DNA of 64,000 bases, taken from the NCBI GenBank assembly GCA_965645245.1, contig OZ287074.1, forward strand, positions 2,170,001-2,234,000. The letters are read 5' to 3'. The stretch's first letter is position 1. Each line of letters begins with the position of its first letter. This document shows, in pieces, positions 23,601 to 35,900 of the stretch. The DNA comes from Massalongia carnosa (lineage: Eukaryota). The position numbers were made by a program, and so were the translations under genes. The notes under the pieces were generated by a model. It saw only the letters and a list, made by a program, of their open reading frames with translations, was not told the DNA's origin and ran no database searches.

Positions 23601-24903
23601 CACACGGGGACCAAAAAAGTTGCGACACCAAAATTTTCACCCCACCAAACTCCTATCAAAACATCGATTTATTTACATCAGAAACTGCTACTAATGACCT
23701 GCCATTCTTCCATCACCGTCTAAAACGTCCTCTAGTCGTTGGGGCATACCTAATACCAAAGAATTAATGAATTCCTGAGAAACACGATCCCTCCAGCCCG
23801 TTTGAATGGCCTCAATCATACTATTATCATCCCAATGATCTGATTTTGACAGCCATTGTTTTACTGGCTGCCAGCAGTTCTCAATGACGGACAAATCAGG
23901 AGATTTGGGAGCATTGAAGTAGTACTTTAGCCCATATTCTTCCTTCCATTTTCGTACGATGTTGTTGTTGTTTGCAGAACCGTGACCTGAATCACCATCT
24001 TCTTCCAAAACAAATCGTTCACCGGCCTCGAGACATGGCTTAATAACAGGCTCCAAAATAGAGTCAATATAGACTCGTTGACTCATTTTCCCATTGTTAT
24101 TTCCTAAAACCTCGTAAAAGTACAAATCGGACTTGTAATTCCACCCGACCTTAGCCCAACAATGATAAACGTTTTTGCACTGATTCTGAGGTTTCTTTTC
24201 CTTCCTGCATACAATCAAAGCAGTATCTTTCACCCGGACGACGTATGATTCGTAATTGACGTTGAGGTCCCTGTCCAAAATGCACTTCATCACTGAAGCG
24301 TACCAGCTTCCAGTCCTCGAGAGTGTACTTGCATTTCATTTCTCTGGCAAATGTACGTCGTTTGGCACGTATATTCGGAGATAGCCATGTTCTCGTGCAT
24401 GCTAAACATTTGTGATACTCCAAGTCCTGCATAGCTCTTCGAACGGTATGCTAATGTACGTGATTTGCCCCTATGAGACCCACTTCCGCAGCTAATTCAT
24501 GCCACGTTTTAGCTCGTGCTTGTATGCCTCCATTTTCTATGATCTCCTGCATCTTTTGAGTGTACTCAGCTGCTATGAGTTTCTTTCTTCCTCGCGTTTC
24601 CGGCCTGTTTGGATTGTTATGAAGACGTCAGAAGAACTATCTTTGAGCATTGCCCATCCCCTGCTCCGTTCCACTCCAAAATTACGAAAAACGTCGCTTT
24701 TGAAATAGAATATGCCATGCGCGTTGTTAAATTCGCTCACAGCTTGTACTTTGGCTTTAGTAGGTGTAGAGTATTCATGTTGAAAATCATGAGACTCTAA
24801 CTGAGGTGTTTGTTGACGTTGCATGATGATTGAATTGTTTGATGATAAATGAGTTTTGGTGGGGTGAAAATTTTGGTGTCGCAACTTTTTTGGTCCCCGC
24901 GTG
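23601..24903 (-). mobile_element. Tc1/mariner-like DNA transposon with ~47-bp TIRs; transposase pseudogene at about 24824-23691
   Basis: TIR CACRCGGGGACCAAAAAAGTTGCGACACCAAAATTTTCACCCCACC at both ends; FSDEVHF, EDGDSGH and SPDLSVIENCW motifs; flanked by GATAG on both sides. Confidence 0.9.
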
Positions 24904-25141
24904 GATAGTCAGTCGACTGCAAAAGGTTGGTCGCGACCCTGAATTTGGGACCACACATCAAATATTTATGCGAAAATGGCAAAATGCCGGCAAAAATCTG
25001 AAAACTACCCTCACCGCCTACATGCCAATGAAGTCGTACTACTGGTCAGTATTGAAGCGACTTGTAGATTAGTATATGTAGATGCCATTCCCCGTCTTTT
25101 TTCCCTCCCCCCTCTGCCATTCCCCATTTTTTATCTCAGAT

Positions 25142-27289
25142 ATGAAACTTCGTGAACCGAGAGCAAAAAGATCAAATTCCGGCCCCCCCCCGGCTGGAAA
25201 AGAGCCTTTCAAAGGTAAGAGAATCAAAGTGACTTTGGGAGGGCCGAGAGCCAGAGCCATTGTCGCCGCCGGCATCGATGAAGCCTCGCCGGAATCGACG
25301 TCGGCCCCTCCCAAGCCAAAGCCTCCCCTCAAGTCAAAGCCCCCCTTCAAGCCAAAGGCCCCCCTCAAGCCAAAGGCCCCTCCCAAGCCAAAGGTCTCTC
25401 CCAAGCCAAAGGCCCCTCCCAAGTCAAAGGTCCCGCCTCAGCAGTCAAAGACTTTCGAATCGAATTATTATAGTCCCCTTGTCATTACGGAGGATTCCTC
25501 CGACGACTGGACGGATGAAGACGAGAAGCAGAGGTGGCAGGGTCAGTGGAGAAAGGAGAACGCGATGAAAGCTGTAGATGCCGAAGATGATGCCGAAGAT
25601 GATTCCGAAGATGATGCCGAAGATGATGTCGAAGATCTCAATGTGCCTAGTAACTCGATTGTCAGTAAGAAGTCTAGAAAACCAAGAAGAAAGGAACCCT
25701 CCCGTTTATCCCCTTCGCCACTGCCTCCGACGGTAATCAAATATCTACTAAATGTGAAGATGTCGTATGAGAAGCACGTCGTTTTCGAGACGGTGATTCC
25801 ATACGAAGTCAATTCAACTACGTCGAAAAGATTCTTTTTGAGAAGCTACACCGGGGCCATGAGTTTGAAAGCCGAGACGTATGCGAATTCCAAAATGTAT
25901 GCTTGTCATTTGGTCGAATCAAAGCGACCGTGTTATGGAATTGAATCAAACCGCATGAAAAATCAGCTCTCATGTTGATCGAATCCTGGCAGCCCATTGA
26001 GGAGGTTCTAATTCATTTAGAAGACAGCAGCATTCGAAAGAAAAGCTTCGCGGTTGATCTTATTTTCAACTTCAGTCGTACCAAAGATGGCGTCATTCCT
26101 CCCGATGATCCTATTGCTGCTGCCACAGCTGTCGCCACCAAGAAATTGGGAACCGCGACCATGAAGCTGCAAAAAGAGATGGAGGAACGAGCCATGTTGC
26201 AAGGCATGACGGCCGAAAGAATGTCCGAATTGCAAAGTCTGCATCTCTGTGAAAAACGCGCATGTAGGAATTTCGGACAGTACTGTTGGAATGATGAGAC
26301 GAAGAATCAGCATTATCCTCTCAACAGTGCTCATTTCGTGACCTGGAATAAAGCACTAGATGATGGAATTTCAGGCGTTGATTCTCGAACACCTCCACCG
26401 AAGATCAGAGAGACTTTATTCTCCCTGAATAAAGGTAAGAAAAAAGACTGAATCATCATCTCCAAAATAGGAAACCTCGTCTCAGGAAATGCTCTTTGGA
26501 GGTGGGCATTCCATTTATCAACATCCCATGTATCAACACCACTCGTACCTAAACCCCCACTCGACATTTCCCCCCTCGTCATTTCCCTCGGCATTCCCCT
26601 CGGCATTTCCTCAATCGGCATTTCCTCCCTCGGCATTTTATCCTTCTCAGTATGCTCCTTCTACATTACCTGACTCGAGACGAGCCCGTGAGGAAACGCC
26701 GTTGGATTGGAGAGATTCGAGATCATCCAGAAGCAGTCGAAGCGTGAGTCGATTTCTCCCTCTCCCCTCCGTCGCCCGCAGCAGTCCAGTGGAAGAAGAT
26801 CTGGAAGACTATGTCAGTTGGCTCGTTCAAATGAAGCCTCATTTGAAAGGAGTGCTCACCAACGCCTGCGATCGATTGATGGAAGGTGTATACGATCTGA
26901 TGACCGTTCAATCCTTGAAAGGCATCGAGTATCAGACGTTCTGGCAGGAACTAGGAATTCCTCCGGGAATCGGGATTCAACTGGCGCGAGACGTCAGTAA
27001 ATTTGGAAGAGAAATATCTCGGCAAATGCCTTTGCAAATGTCTCGACAAATGTCTCGACAGATATGTCAGCAAATGCCCCCGCCTCCCCCTCGGCGTCAA
27101 CGCCATTTACCGACATCGCAAATGGCCACTCAGGCGGTCACTCAGGCGGTCACTCGGGTGGATAAGGGGATGGAGGATGGGGAGGTGGACGGGGGCGGGG
27201 AGGTAGGATCTGGAGTGAGAGATACAATTGAGGAAGATGAGACGCATAGTCTAGAATACGATTATGCCGAAGATGAAGATGAGGATTAG
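25142..27289 (+). pseudogene. Transposon passenger gene of unknown function (Pro/Lys-rich repeats, acidic tract, Cys/His motif), disrupted
   Basis: Three consecutive ORFs (25082-25978, 25972-26451, 26489-27289); (KPKAPP)n; CEKRACRNFGQYCW...HYPL motif. Confidence 0.55.
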
Positions 27290-27304
27290 ATACTATGTAT
27301 CTAA

Positions 27305-28349
27305 TCAGATTGAAATGGTTGGATACTGAATGCCAGCCAATCTAAATAAATTTCCCGGGTCTCCCATTCTCAGATCTTTGACTGCATCCCGAAGAAATTG
27401 TCCGAATCCCCCATACTCCTCCGTGTACGAAAGACTCATTTCTCCATTCCGTCGAATCCATGCCTTTAGCAATGCAAACGACGTTTCAATTGGATTGAAA
27501 TCTGGAGAATAAGGAGGTAGTCGTGCCAAGGTGACGTTGGCTGTCTCGCACATCTGAATAAGCTCCTGATTCCAATGAATGCTGGCATTATCTAGTACTA
27601 AAACAGATCTAGGACCTCCATTGGCAGTCGTCTGAGGAAGAACCTGATTTCGAACGAAGTCGTTGAAAATTTCGGCAGTTATGGAGCCCTGATGCACCTC
27701 CCAAGCTATATATCCATCGACGGTAAATGCAGGAAGAATGCTCCATCTCTTTGACCTTTTCAAATCCTGAATCATGATTGGAGGGACGCCTGCCTGAGCC
27801 CATCCGTATCGTCGGTCACCTAGTCAGAAAGTCAGAAAAATGACGAAGATGGGATGAAAGATGAGATAGGAAATAACCGGTTCTTTCGCAAGCTGCACTT
27901 TCGTCCAAAAAGATCAATTGCTCTGCAGTCCATTCTCCGAGTCTCTGCATCCATCCATCTCGAAGGCCTTGATTTCTTTGAGCTGCTTGTTTGATCACCT
28001 TCTTTCGATTCCAACCAAGCCTTTTTAGGGCACGACCAACGGTGGTCTCATCTGCAGATATCTGAAATTCGTCCCAAATGAACCAGCACATTTCATCCAG
28101 ATAGGCATGCGGACGTTGCTCCAGATATTTCAGAAGTTCAATCTCATGAAATTGACTGAGTTTACGAGGGCGATGTCCAATTGACAATTGAGGTAGAACC
28201 ACATCTCCAAAATGAGTCCAATTACGTCTCATTCGTTGAATCTGTCTGATGCCAACACCAGTGACAGATGCAATTGTCTTATTGCTGTCACCTCGTACAA
28301 AACGAAGCGTGATTGTCTCACGAAGGGTCTCACTGAGAGGGGGGGGCAT
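27305..28349 (-). pseudogene. DDE transposase (DDE_3/IS630-like) with one intron and a 1-bp frameshift near 27780
   Basis: N-terminal HTH; FLDES, LDNASIH and PPYSPDFNPIE motifs. Confidence 0.85.
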
Positions 28350-28807
28350 TTTGGGAAAATGGCAGAGGAGAGAGGGAAAAAAGACGGGGAATGGCATCTA
28401 CATATACTAATCTACAAGTCGCTTCAATACTGACCAGTAGTACGACTTCATTGGCATGTAGGCGGTGAGGGTAGTTATTCGGATTTTTGCCGGCATTTTG
28501 CCATTTTCGCGTAAATATTTGATGTGTGGTCCCAAATTCAGGGTCGCGACCAACCTTTTGCAGTCGACTGTAGTAACATAACTAAGCCTGCATAGCTGCA
28601 ACATCCATACGCAAACAGCTCGGCTCCGTGATCCCCGTTTACAGCCAGTTCTCCGCCGTCGGTGTAGTTGAGTTTCACCCCGCACTTCTCGTCATGTTGA
28701 GCGATAATAAAAGCCTTCAACTCTATCGTACTTTCCTTCCTTGACTGATCCGGGTGATCATATCTCTACACATACACGGTTCGCCCCAAGTTTTCTTATC
28801 TGCAATC

Positions 28808-29931
28808 ATGGCTTCCTCTGCCCACCCAAGCGGCTTTCCCACTCTCGAGGCCGCATACATCTTTACGGTAACGTCTCTCAGGTTTCCTGGAATTAGCCAG
28901 TTGCCGCTAAGTTCGAATCTGACATGACGCTTCTCTTTCCAAGGTCAATGTTGGCGAGGGACACGTTGTCGGCAAGTTTCCTCCGCCAACTTCGGGATGA
29001 CACCAAGAAACCAACTAATGACCACTTCTTTGGCTATGTTATGTAGGCAATGTGTTCTCGGGATCATCGCTTACTTATTTCGTAAGCTGGTCTGGCTAAT
29101 AACACGGCGTTTTGAGAGGCTCAATAAGGCTGACCTCACGCAATGCTGAAGCCGTTTGTGGGTGGATCGATTCGAACAGTGCCAGGCTTCGAGCCAAAAA
29201 TCGATGCGGAGGTCATTTTCGGAGGCGATTCCATATATTTCGATCCTGACAAAGAACATGGACGACTCAATGTCAAAGGCATTGCGAAGTAGGTATCCAG
29301 TCCTTGGTTCTAATGGAAATGGTTTTTTTCTTCTACTTGACAGAGCAACTGAAGAAAGACGTATTTTCAGGACAATCGAGGGTACTGTAAGTTCTTGCTT
29401 TCTTTTCTGCTTCAAAAAGATATTCTCCCACTTTAACCATGTGCCTTATCACCACCCGAGCGTTGCTCTCCATCTGCAGCCTACATTAAGTGCTCAAAAG
29501 TAATCCTTGGCCAGGCCTTGAGTTTCACGCACACCGGGACCATATACGTCAACGACGAGATCCGGCTCATCATCAGCGGAAGTTCCGAGGCACACACCAT
29601 ACCCTTTGGCCAAGTGAGTATGTTTTCTCTACTTGTTCTCAAGGTGTTCCGCCAAGCCTATCGACTCTACTGACATATTCGTAGCAACCACAGTCACCTT
29701 TGAGGTAAGTTGTGACAACTACTGCGCAAAGATCCCTTCTTTTCTGTTTCTCGAACATGAGTAGTTCTGTTTAAATAACGACTTGGAAAATCCGAGTAGG
29801 TCGGTGATGCGCGATACAAGGATTTGGAAAAAAAAACCTGGGTAGGCAATGGGCGCTTTGTGATTGAAGGCGGTAAGCTGGTAGCGGAATCGAGGGTTTC
29901 CATGGTGATCCCTAGCACCGCGATGAACTAA
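28808..29931 (+). CDS. DUF3237 (UPF0311) family protein; many small exons
   Basis: MASSAHPSGFPTLEAAYIFT...PFVGGSIRTVPGFEPKIDAEVIFGGDSIYFDPDKEHGRLNV...SGDARYKDLEKKTWVGNGRFVIE...MN*; exact exon borders uncertain. Confidence 0.7.
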
Positions 29932-30998
29932 AGTTCACTATGTTACGATTCAGTCGGAAACACTATAGCGAGATTCTGTAGGCGTGAGGGGGCCTCTCGT
30001 ATTTTAGAAGTTCTCCTCATGAGAATCAGGCGTTGTTATCAGAAATTGACTGATTCAAGCAACTGCTCTTGTAAACAGTCAACGAAATGAAGTGAAGAAA
30101 TAAAAGTCGATTTTAATTTGTATTGTAAATGAACCAAAAATGCGTGATAAATTTTTTGAAAAACCGTGTTCCCACAGACTTTCCGAAGTCTTTTCCAGTA
30201 TCATCAGCTCGCTCGGTTTCACAACCTGGCATGCATTTGCGGAAGTGCTGCATGCCGGATCAGACAGCGGCCGAAGTTTGGATTTTCTGTTGAGCCAAAT
30301 TTCTTAAAATCACTTCAATCCCCCCAATGAAACTTATTCTATTGATCTTCTCAACCTGTTTTGCTAACCAGAGTCCCGATATACCTAACAGTTCTGAGCT
30401 GGAGATCTAGCAGGTATCACATCCTTTATTCTAGGCAGGTTTAAATGCTGAATCATCGTTCATTATAGGGATTTTGTTTAAAAATGAACGGACGAAAGGT
30501 ATAGCCATATCCGCGTCAAGATCAAGTCTTTTATCAGCTATCGGAAGAAAAAAAAAAGAGTGTGGCCACATAGCCCGTTAGCGTCACGAAGGGGGGGGCC
30601 ACAAAAAGAGGTTGTTCCTATAGCTTTGGTAATCGTTTCACTTTGTGGCCTTGAGTCACTCCGCGCCGTAATCTCGCCCACCCCCCAGAACGATACATTG
30701 CAAGACGCCATGGCTTGGTTTCCTTTGTGAGCTCACAGCCATGATGATGGCCGAAAGAGGCAAAAAACCCGTATGTAACTTTATATACGGGGTGGCAAGC
30801 ACACCCTGGTTGCCTGTTTTTAGCTAACTGGGATGGGCTCCATTTGGGGGCTGATTATGTGTGGCATGGCCCATTGGTGAGGAAATATAAAGAGCCCGAT
30901 TGCCCTAAAAGATGGCGAGATACTCATCAACTTATTCCCTTGATTATTGGCGTCTCCGACTTATCTTGTTGGTATTTAACATCTTCTGTGCTTCAAGA

Positions 30999-32869
30999 AT
31001 GATGACGAGGCTCTGCAATCTCCCAGTTCTGGCGACTTGGGCGGGCCTTGCATTAGCCTATCCATCTGGTGACAATCTGGCAACTCGCAATTCTTCAAGC
31101 TGCGTTCGTTGATCTCTGGCTGCTTTGATGAACATTATTAACAGCTAAAATGTTTTTTTAAACAGTGTGAAATACTCGACGAACGATTCCCGCTTCAAGT
31201 CAATGCAGTTGGCGAGAAAAATTACACAAATTATGATGACCAATTCTGGTGTATGTGACCGGGTTTAAACATCTCTTCTCTTCATCGATGCATGACTGAG
31301 CAAGTACCCCAAGCTTCGTCCGCGGTCCGTTCCCCGAAATGCATCTTTGCACCCCTTTACGCCGAGGAAGTGTCGACAGCAGTCGCACTTTTCAAATCCC
31401 ACCAATGCAAGTTTGCCGTTAGAGGCGGTGGCCATTCCGCTGTGCCTGGCGCCGCAAACATAGACGATGGCATATTGATCACGTTTGCCAACATGAAGAA
31501 CATCAGCCTTCATACCGATACAACCGGAGTCGAGTACGTGTCGATCCAGCCAGGTGCCGTCTGGGGCGATGTATACAAATTTACCGATCAGTTTTCGAAA
31601 GTCCCTGCTTGTGGTCGCTTTTATCCGGTTGGCACGGGGCTCGCCCTTGGGGCAGGCTTTTCTTTCCTAGCCAACGACGTCGGATTCACCGTGGATAATG
31701 TGAAGAGCTATCAGATGGTCCTTGCCGATGGATCCTTAATAGAAGTGAACCAAACGGATAACAGCGACCTCTTTCGCGCCCAAAAAGGGGGCGGCGATAA
31801 TTTCGGTGTCATTACCCGCTACGATCTGTTGGTGTACCCGGGAGGGCCCATCGTGGGCGGCCTCATCGTGGCTCCGGAGAATCAGACGGAAAAATGGCTC
31901 GATCAGACGTATGACTATAGCGTCCGTCAGGCGGTGCAGGATGTTAAAACGCACGCGTTGCCCGCGATTGCTTACATTGCGTCGAAGAATCTGGTGTTTT
32001 CCGAAACCGTTGTCTACTACAATGAGCATAACAGCAGCGTCCTGCCACCCATCATGTCCGGCTGGAACGAGCTAACCGGAAGCACTAGCACGGTACGACA
32101 AGCATCCTATGCCTCGCTCGCTCAGGAATATGCAGTAGGGTTCAACAATGGGCTCTTGTACGTTTTCTTCTTTCGCATCTTGTTTCCATGCCCGATTTTT
32201 AATGACCGTGCTAATGTGAACATGAGCCTTTAGCCAGGAGCAGCGGGTCTATACCATCAAAGCCAACCGAGAGGAATCTGCATACGCATGGTACAGTTTC
32301 CTATCGTGGGCCCGGTCCATCGGGAACGTCGATGGTTTCAATATCCTGCATTGCAACATGCCGATGATGCCAAGGATGATGGAAGCCGGAGTCGCAAAGG
32401 GATCCAACTCCCTTGGCCTAGCTAGTACAAAGGAGACCCTCACCAGTAAGTCGGCTTCGCAAATCATCTAAAAATTCCTGTCTCGCTATATCTCGATGCT
32501 CTCAATAGAAGATTTCCGGTTCATTGATACTAATCTAGTCTTGTATTTCGGCATCACGCTAGACAAGCGCGACGATGAAATCGTCAAGTCATTCCGGGCG
32601 CTCTTCAACCATCTCCAGTCGCATTCCACGTCGAAAGATCTCCTGCATCGTTACATGTTAGTCCTTCCTGATCAGGCCTTCCTCTTCTCAAATTCGCTTT
32701 AGACATATGAAGTCTGACAGATTTCAGAATGTGGAATTATGCCGGTGTGGGCCAAGAGGTTCTTCGCAGCTATGGCGCTGCTTCGAACACGTTCATGCAG
32801 CGAGTAAGGACCCGTTACGATCCTACGGGCGTATTTGCGCGACTTGTACCAGGAGGATTCAAATTGTAA
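30999..32869 (+). CDS. Secreted FAD-linked oxidoreductase (BBE-like, FAD_binding_4); multi-exon
   Basis: Signal-peptide-like N-terminus; FAVRGGGHS flavinylation motif; GAVWGDVY; DLFRAQKGGGDNFGVITRYDL; C-terminal WNYA...YDPTGVFARLVPGGFKL*. Confidence 0.88.
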
Positions 32870-32915
32870 TTTTTCTGTGGGTTTACCCCAACTCGTGGCA
32901 CCAGACGTATGACTA

Positions 32916-35900
32916 TGTCAGTGCTTGAGTTGGATGGTAAAGTTGTTCTATTAGCTAGTAGCGAGCGTGGGCTATATAGGCGTGTGCCCCTTTTCGGGGT
33001 CACGTGGCTGGCTAGGCGTCCCGTGCCTAACAGTGACGCGGGCCTTAATAGCCTCTAGTCGTGCCCACAGCCCGTTCTATCTACTAGTGCTATTAACACT
33101 GGAACCACTTAGAAAAACGAAATAAACCCCCTCTATGCCTCGATGCCGGGTTGCATCTATGCCTGCTGTCCCCCTACGCCCGGCTTTGCTTGCCTGTGTG
33201 AGGCCTCATATAGCGTCTCACTCAACCCAACTCGCAACTGACATAGCGCGGCCTCAGGTTCATTGAACATCATCACCCTGCCATTTTATCGCCGCCCTAC
33301 AGCCTGATGCTCGTTCTACCCACTCGGTCGTATCTAGGTTGATGCGATTAGTATCAATCACCGTTTTGAGGGCCGAGGATGCCTTTGTCTTGGTCATGGA
33401 GTCGGCGGGGTTGTTGTGGCCATGAATCCATTTCACCTCGGTCACCTCACGTCTCTCGTATGACCGACGGAGACTCATGACATTAATCATTAAGCGTTTC
33501 TCTTGGGTCGTCCCGAGTTTTACTAAGCAGTCATATAGCGATTTTGAATCCGTGCAGAGAATCAGTGGAATGTCGGTTCCGAGAAGTTTGCTAAGGGTTG
33601 CCTTTATGACGGCCCCGATATCGAACCCATGTGCCATGCCATATAGCTCGGCGGCCAAGACACTCCGCGTCACCCTTTTACACTTAATTGATGACCAATG
33701 AATGACGTTGGCTTTGTCAGTCGAGTCAGCAAGGCATATGACATAACCGATTTGTGATGAGAGGTCTCGGTTGTTAGCAAAGGATGAATCGGTGAAAACG
33801 ACCAACTGAAGGCTGTTTCGATCGAGTTTGACGTATTTCAGCCCTCGGGATTGATTGTCTATTTCCCACTTAAGTCGCTTGTTTAGGGCATTGATATCAT
33901 CTGAGGAGAACTTTGTTGACTGAGCGGCATAAGATAGATCGAAAGAGGCCTCGGGCTGACAGATGGAAGCTGTGTATGCACCTCTAGCTCGTTGGGCCAC
34001 ATATTGCTCTCTCGAAGACAACTTTTCTCGAACGATGTCTCGCGAGCTAGTTGTCGAGGCGTCATGATTCTTAACCAGCGAGATGCCTCCAACACGAGTT
34101 TCCTGGCTCAACATGATGTCTCTGCTCGGGGCGAGTCGGATCATGGTGCCATTGAACTTGATTGGGGTTTCGAGGATGAGATGAGTGCGCTCTTTAGTCA
34201 TGATCTTAGCCTTCTTGATAGCATCTTCTTCTTCGGCGAAAAGGTGTCGCTTGCTAGCATAAGGGTGTCGTCAGTTTGTAGGCCAACGATGCCAAAAGGC
34301 TCGGATTTGTAGAGTAGGCATGGATCGTAGGTTGACTCGGTCATGCCGAGTTTTCTAGTATGATGGGCATGATACGTGGCGAACCAATGATTGCCTGCTT
34401 CCGGGACGCCATAGAGAGGTTTTATGACTTTCAGGATGCAGTTGGATGGAGCTCCCATCATCGCGGTGAGTTCATGAGGCGGGCGGATGTAAAAGTCACG
34501 ATTCAACTCGGAATTTGATTGAACGTATGCCTGAGTGACGTCGCGAAGGTATAGCTTTGTTGACTCGTTTTGAAATGTTGCTGCGAGGCAGATGATAAGA
34601 CGTTGACTGACTCGTTGAATTGTCGGTGACTGTGTCAGAACGAGGTCTTTATTGGGGTCATTGTAGGCCTGTACGACCAGACGAGATTTCTCGAAAGCCT
34701 TATCGGTGCCAGGATTCTTTATTTCGTCAACAAACCTCGAGTTGAAAACGCGTGCGTCATCTGGAACGTCTTCAGAATTTACGAGTTTGAATACACCTTT
34801 TTCTAGAAGTCCGGCGACTTCCTTTTGCCTCGATGAGGTGAATTGGGGTAATTTCGAGATGTCGTCATCATTATCTTCAGGAGTATCGATGACGAAGCAG
34901 ATGTTGGAAGGCGTAGTGAAATTGACATGTTCGGGATGCTTTCTGGGTCTTCCACGGCCACGTTTGACTGGTGCTGATGGTGCTGATGAAGGTGAGGCAG
35001 TCGGGGCAATGATTCCCGAGACGAGGGGATTCGTAGGAGGGGTGTCTCCTGCACCCGTATCCTCATCTCCTGCATCGATCGAGGGAACATGTCCCGAGGT
35101 GCGAGGGTTAATAGATGAGGCATCTCCTGTACCATCATCTATACGTCCTGCACCAACGTCGGCGTCTCCTGCGCTTTCGTCATCTTTTTCATCTTTATTT
35201 GTATCCTTCATGCCATCAGCAGCAAGGTCGTAGTACGGTTTCAACGAGGTGGAACGGAATTTGGTGGGTCCGCTCGACAGCTCGATGATAGCCGACTCGC
35301 CTTGTAGGCTGAGAAGTTTGTATGGTCCCTTCCACGTCCCTGATCGACCTGCATTGCCTTCTCGGAATACTACCACCGGCGAATTGATGGGCAAGTCGTG
35401 AATCAAGGTGGTGGACGGGCCGTTTCGAGTGTTCAATGCATCATTAACCTGACGAGATGCATGCAGCTTGCGTACCTCCTCCATAGCCTTTCTCATGGCT
35501 ATCGTGCGTTGGGTGATTGTAGGCGAGGGAGCATCCATTTCAGTCATTCTCGGGTAGACACCGAACACAAGCAACGTCGGAACTAGACCATTCGGTCCTA
35601 CCGAGTCGTTGAGTGCCTTGAATGCCATTTGTAGGGCCAACTCGGGCTCGATTCCGGGAATTTCGGCAGTTATGATGCTATATGCTCGACGAAGTGGTCC
35701 ATGATAGCGTTCAACTAGACCGATGGAGTGATGCGCTTCGACGGGGACGTTTTTGACAATGATTCCCATGTTTACAGCATATTATCGGAATTCCCTGGCC
35801 ATGAACTGGTTGCCTGCATCGGCCGAGATGAGGTCGGGGGGCCGAGATAGGTATCGATCCAACATGCCCGCAGCTGATCCCATACATGTCTGGCCGAAAT

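Larger units (their letters stand above)
24910..28570. mobile_element. IS630/Tc1-type DNA transposon with ~210-bp TIRs carrying a transposase and a convergent passenger gene
   Basis: TIR CAGTCGACTGCAAAAGGTTGG... at 24910-~25125 and ~28350-28570; TAGT on both flanks. Confidence 0.9.
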
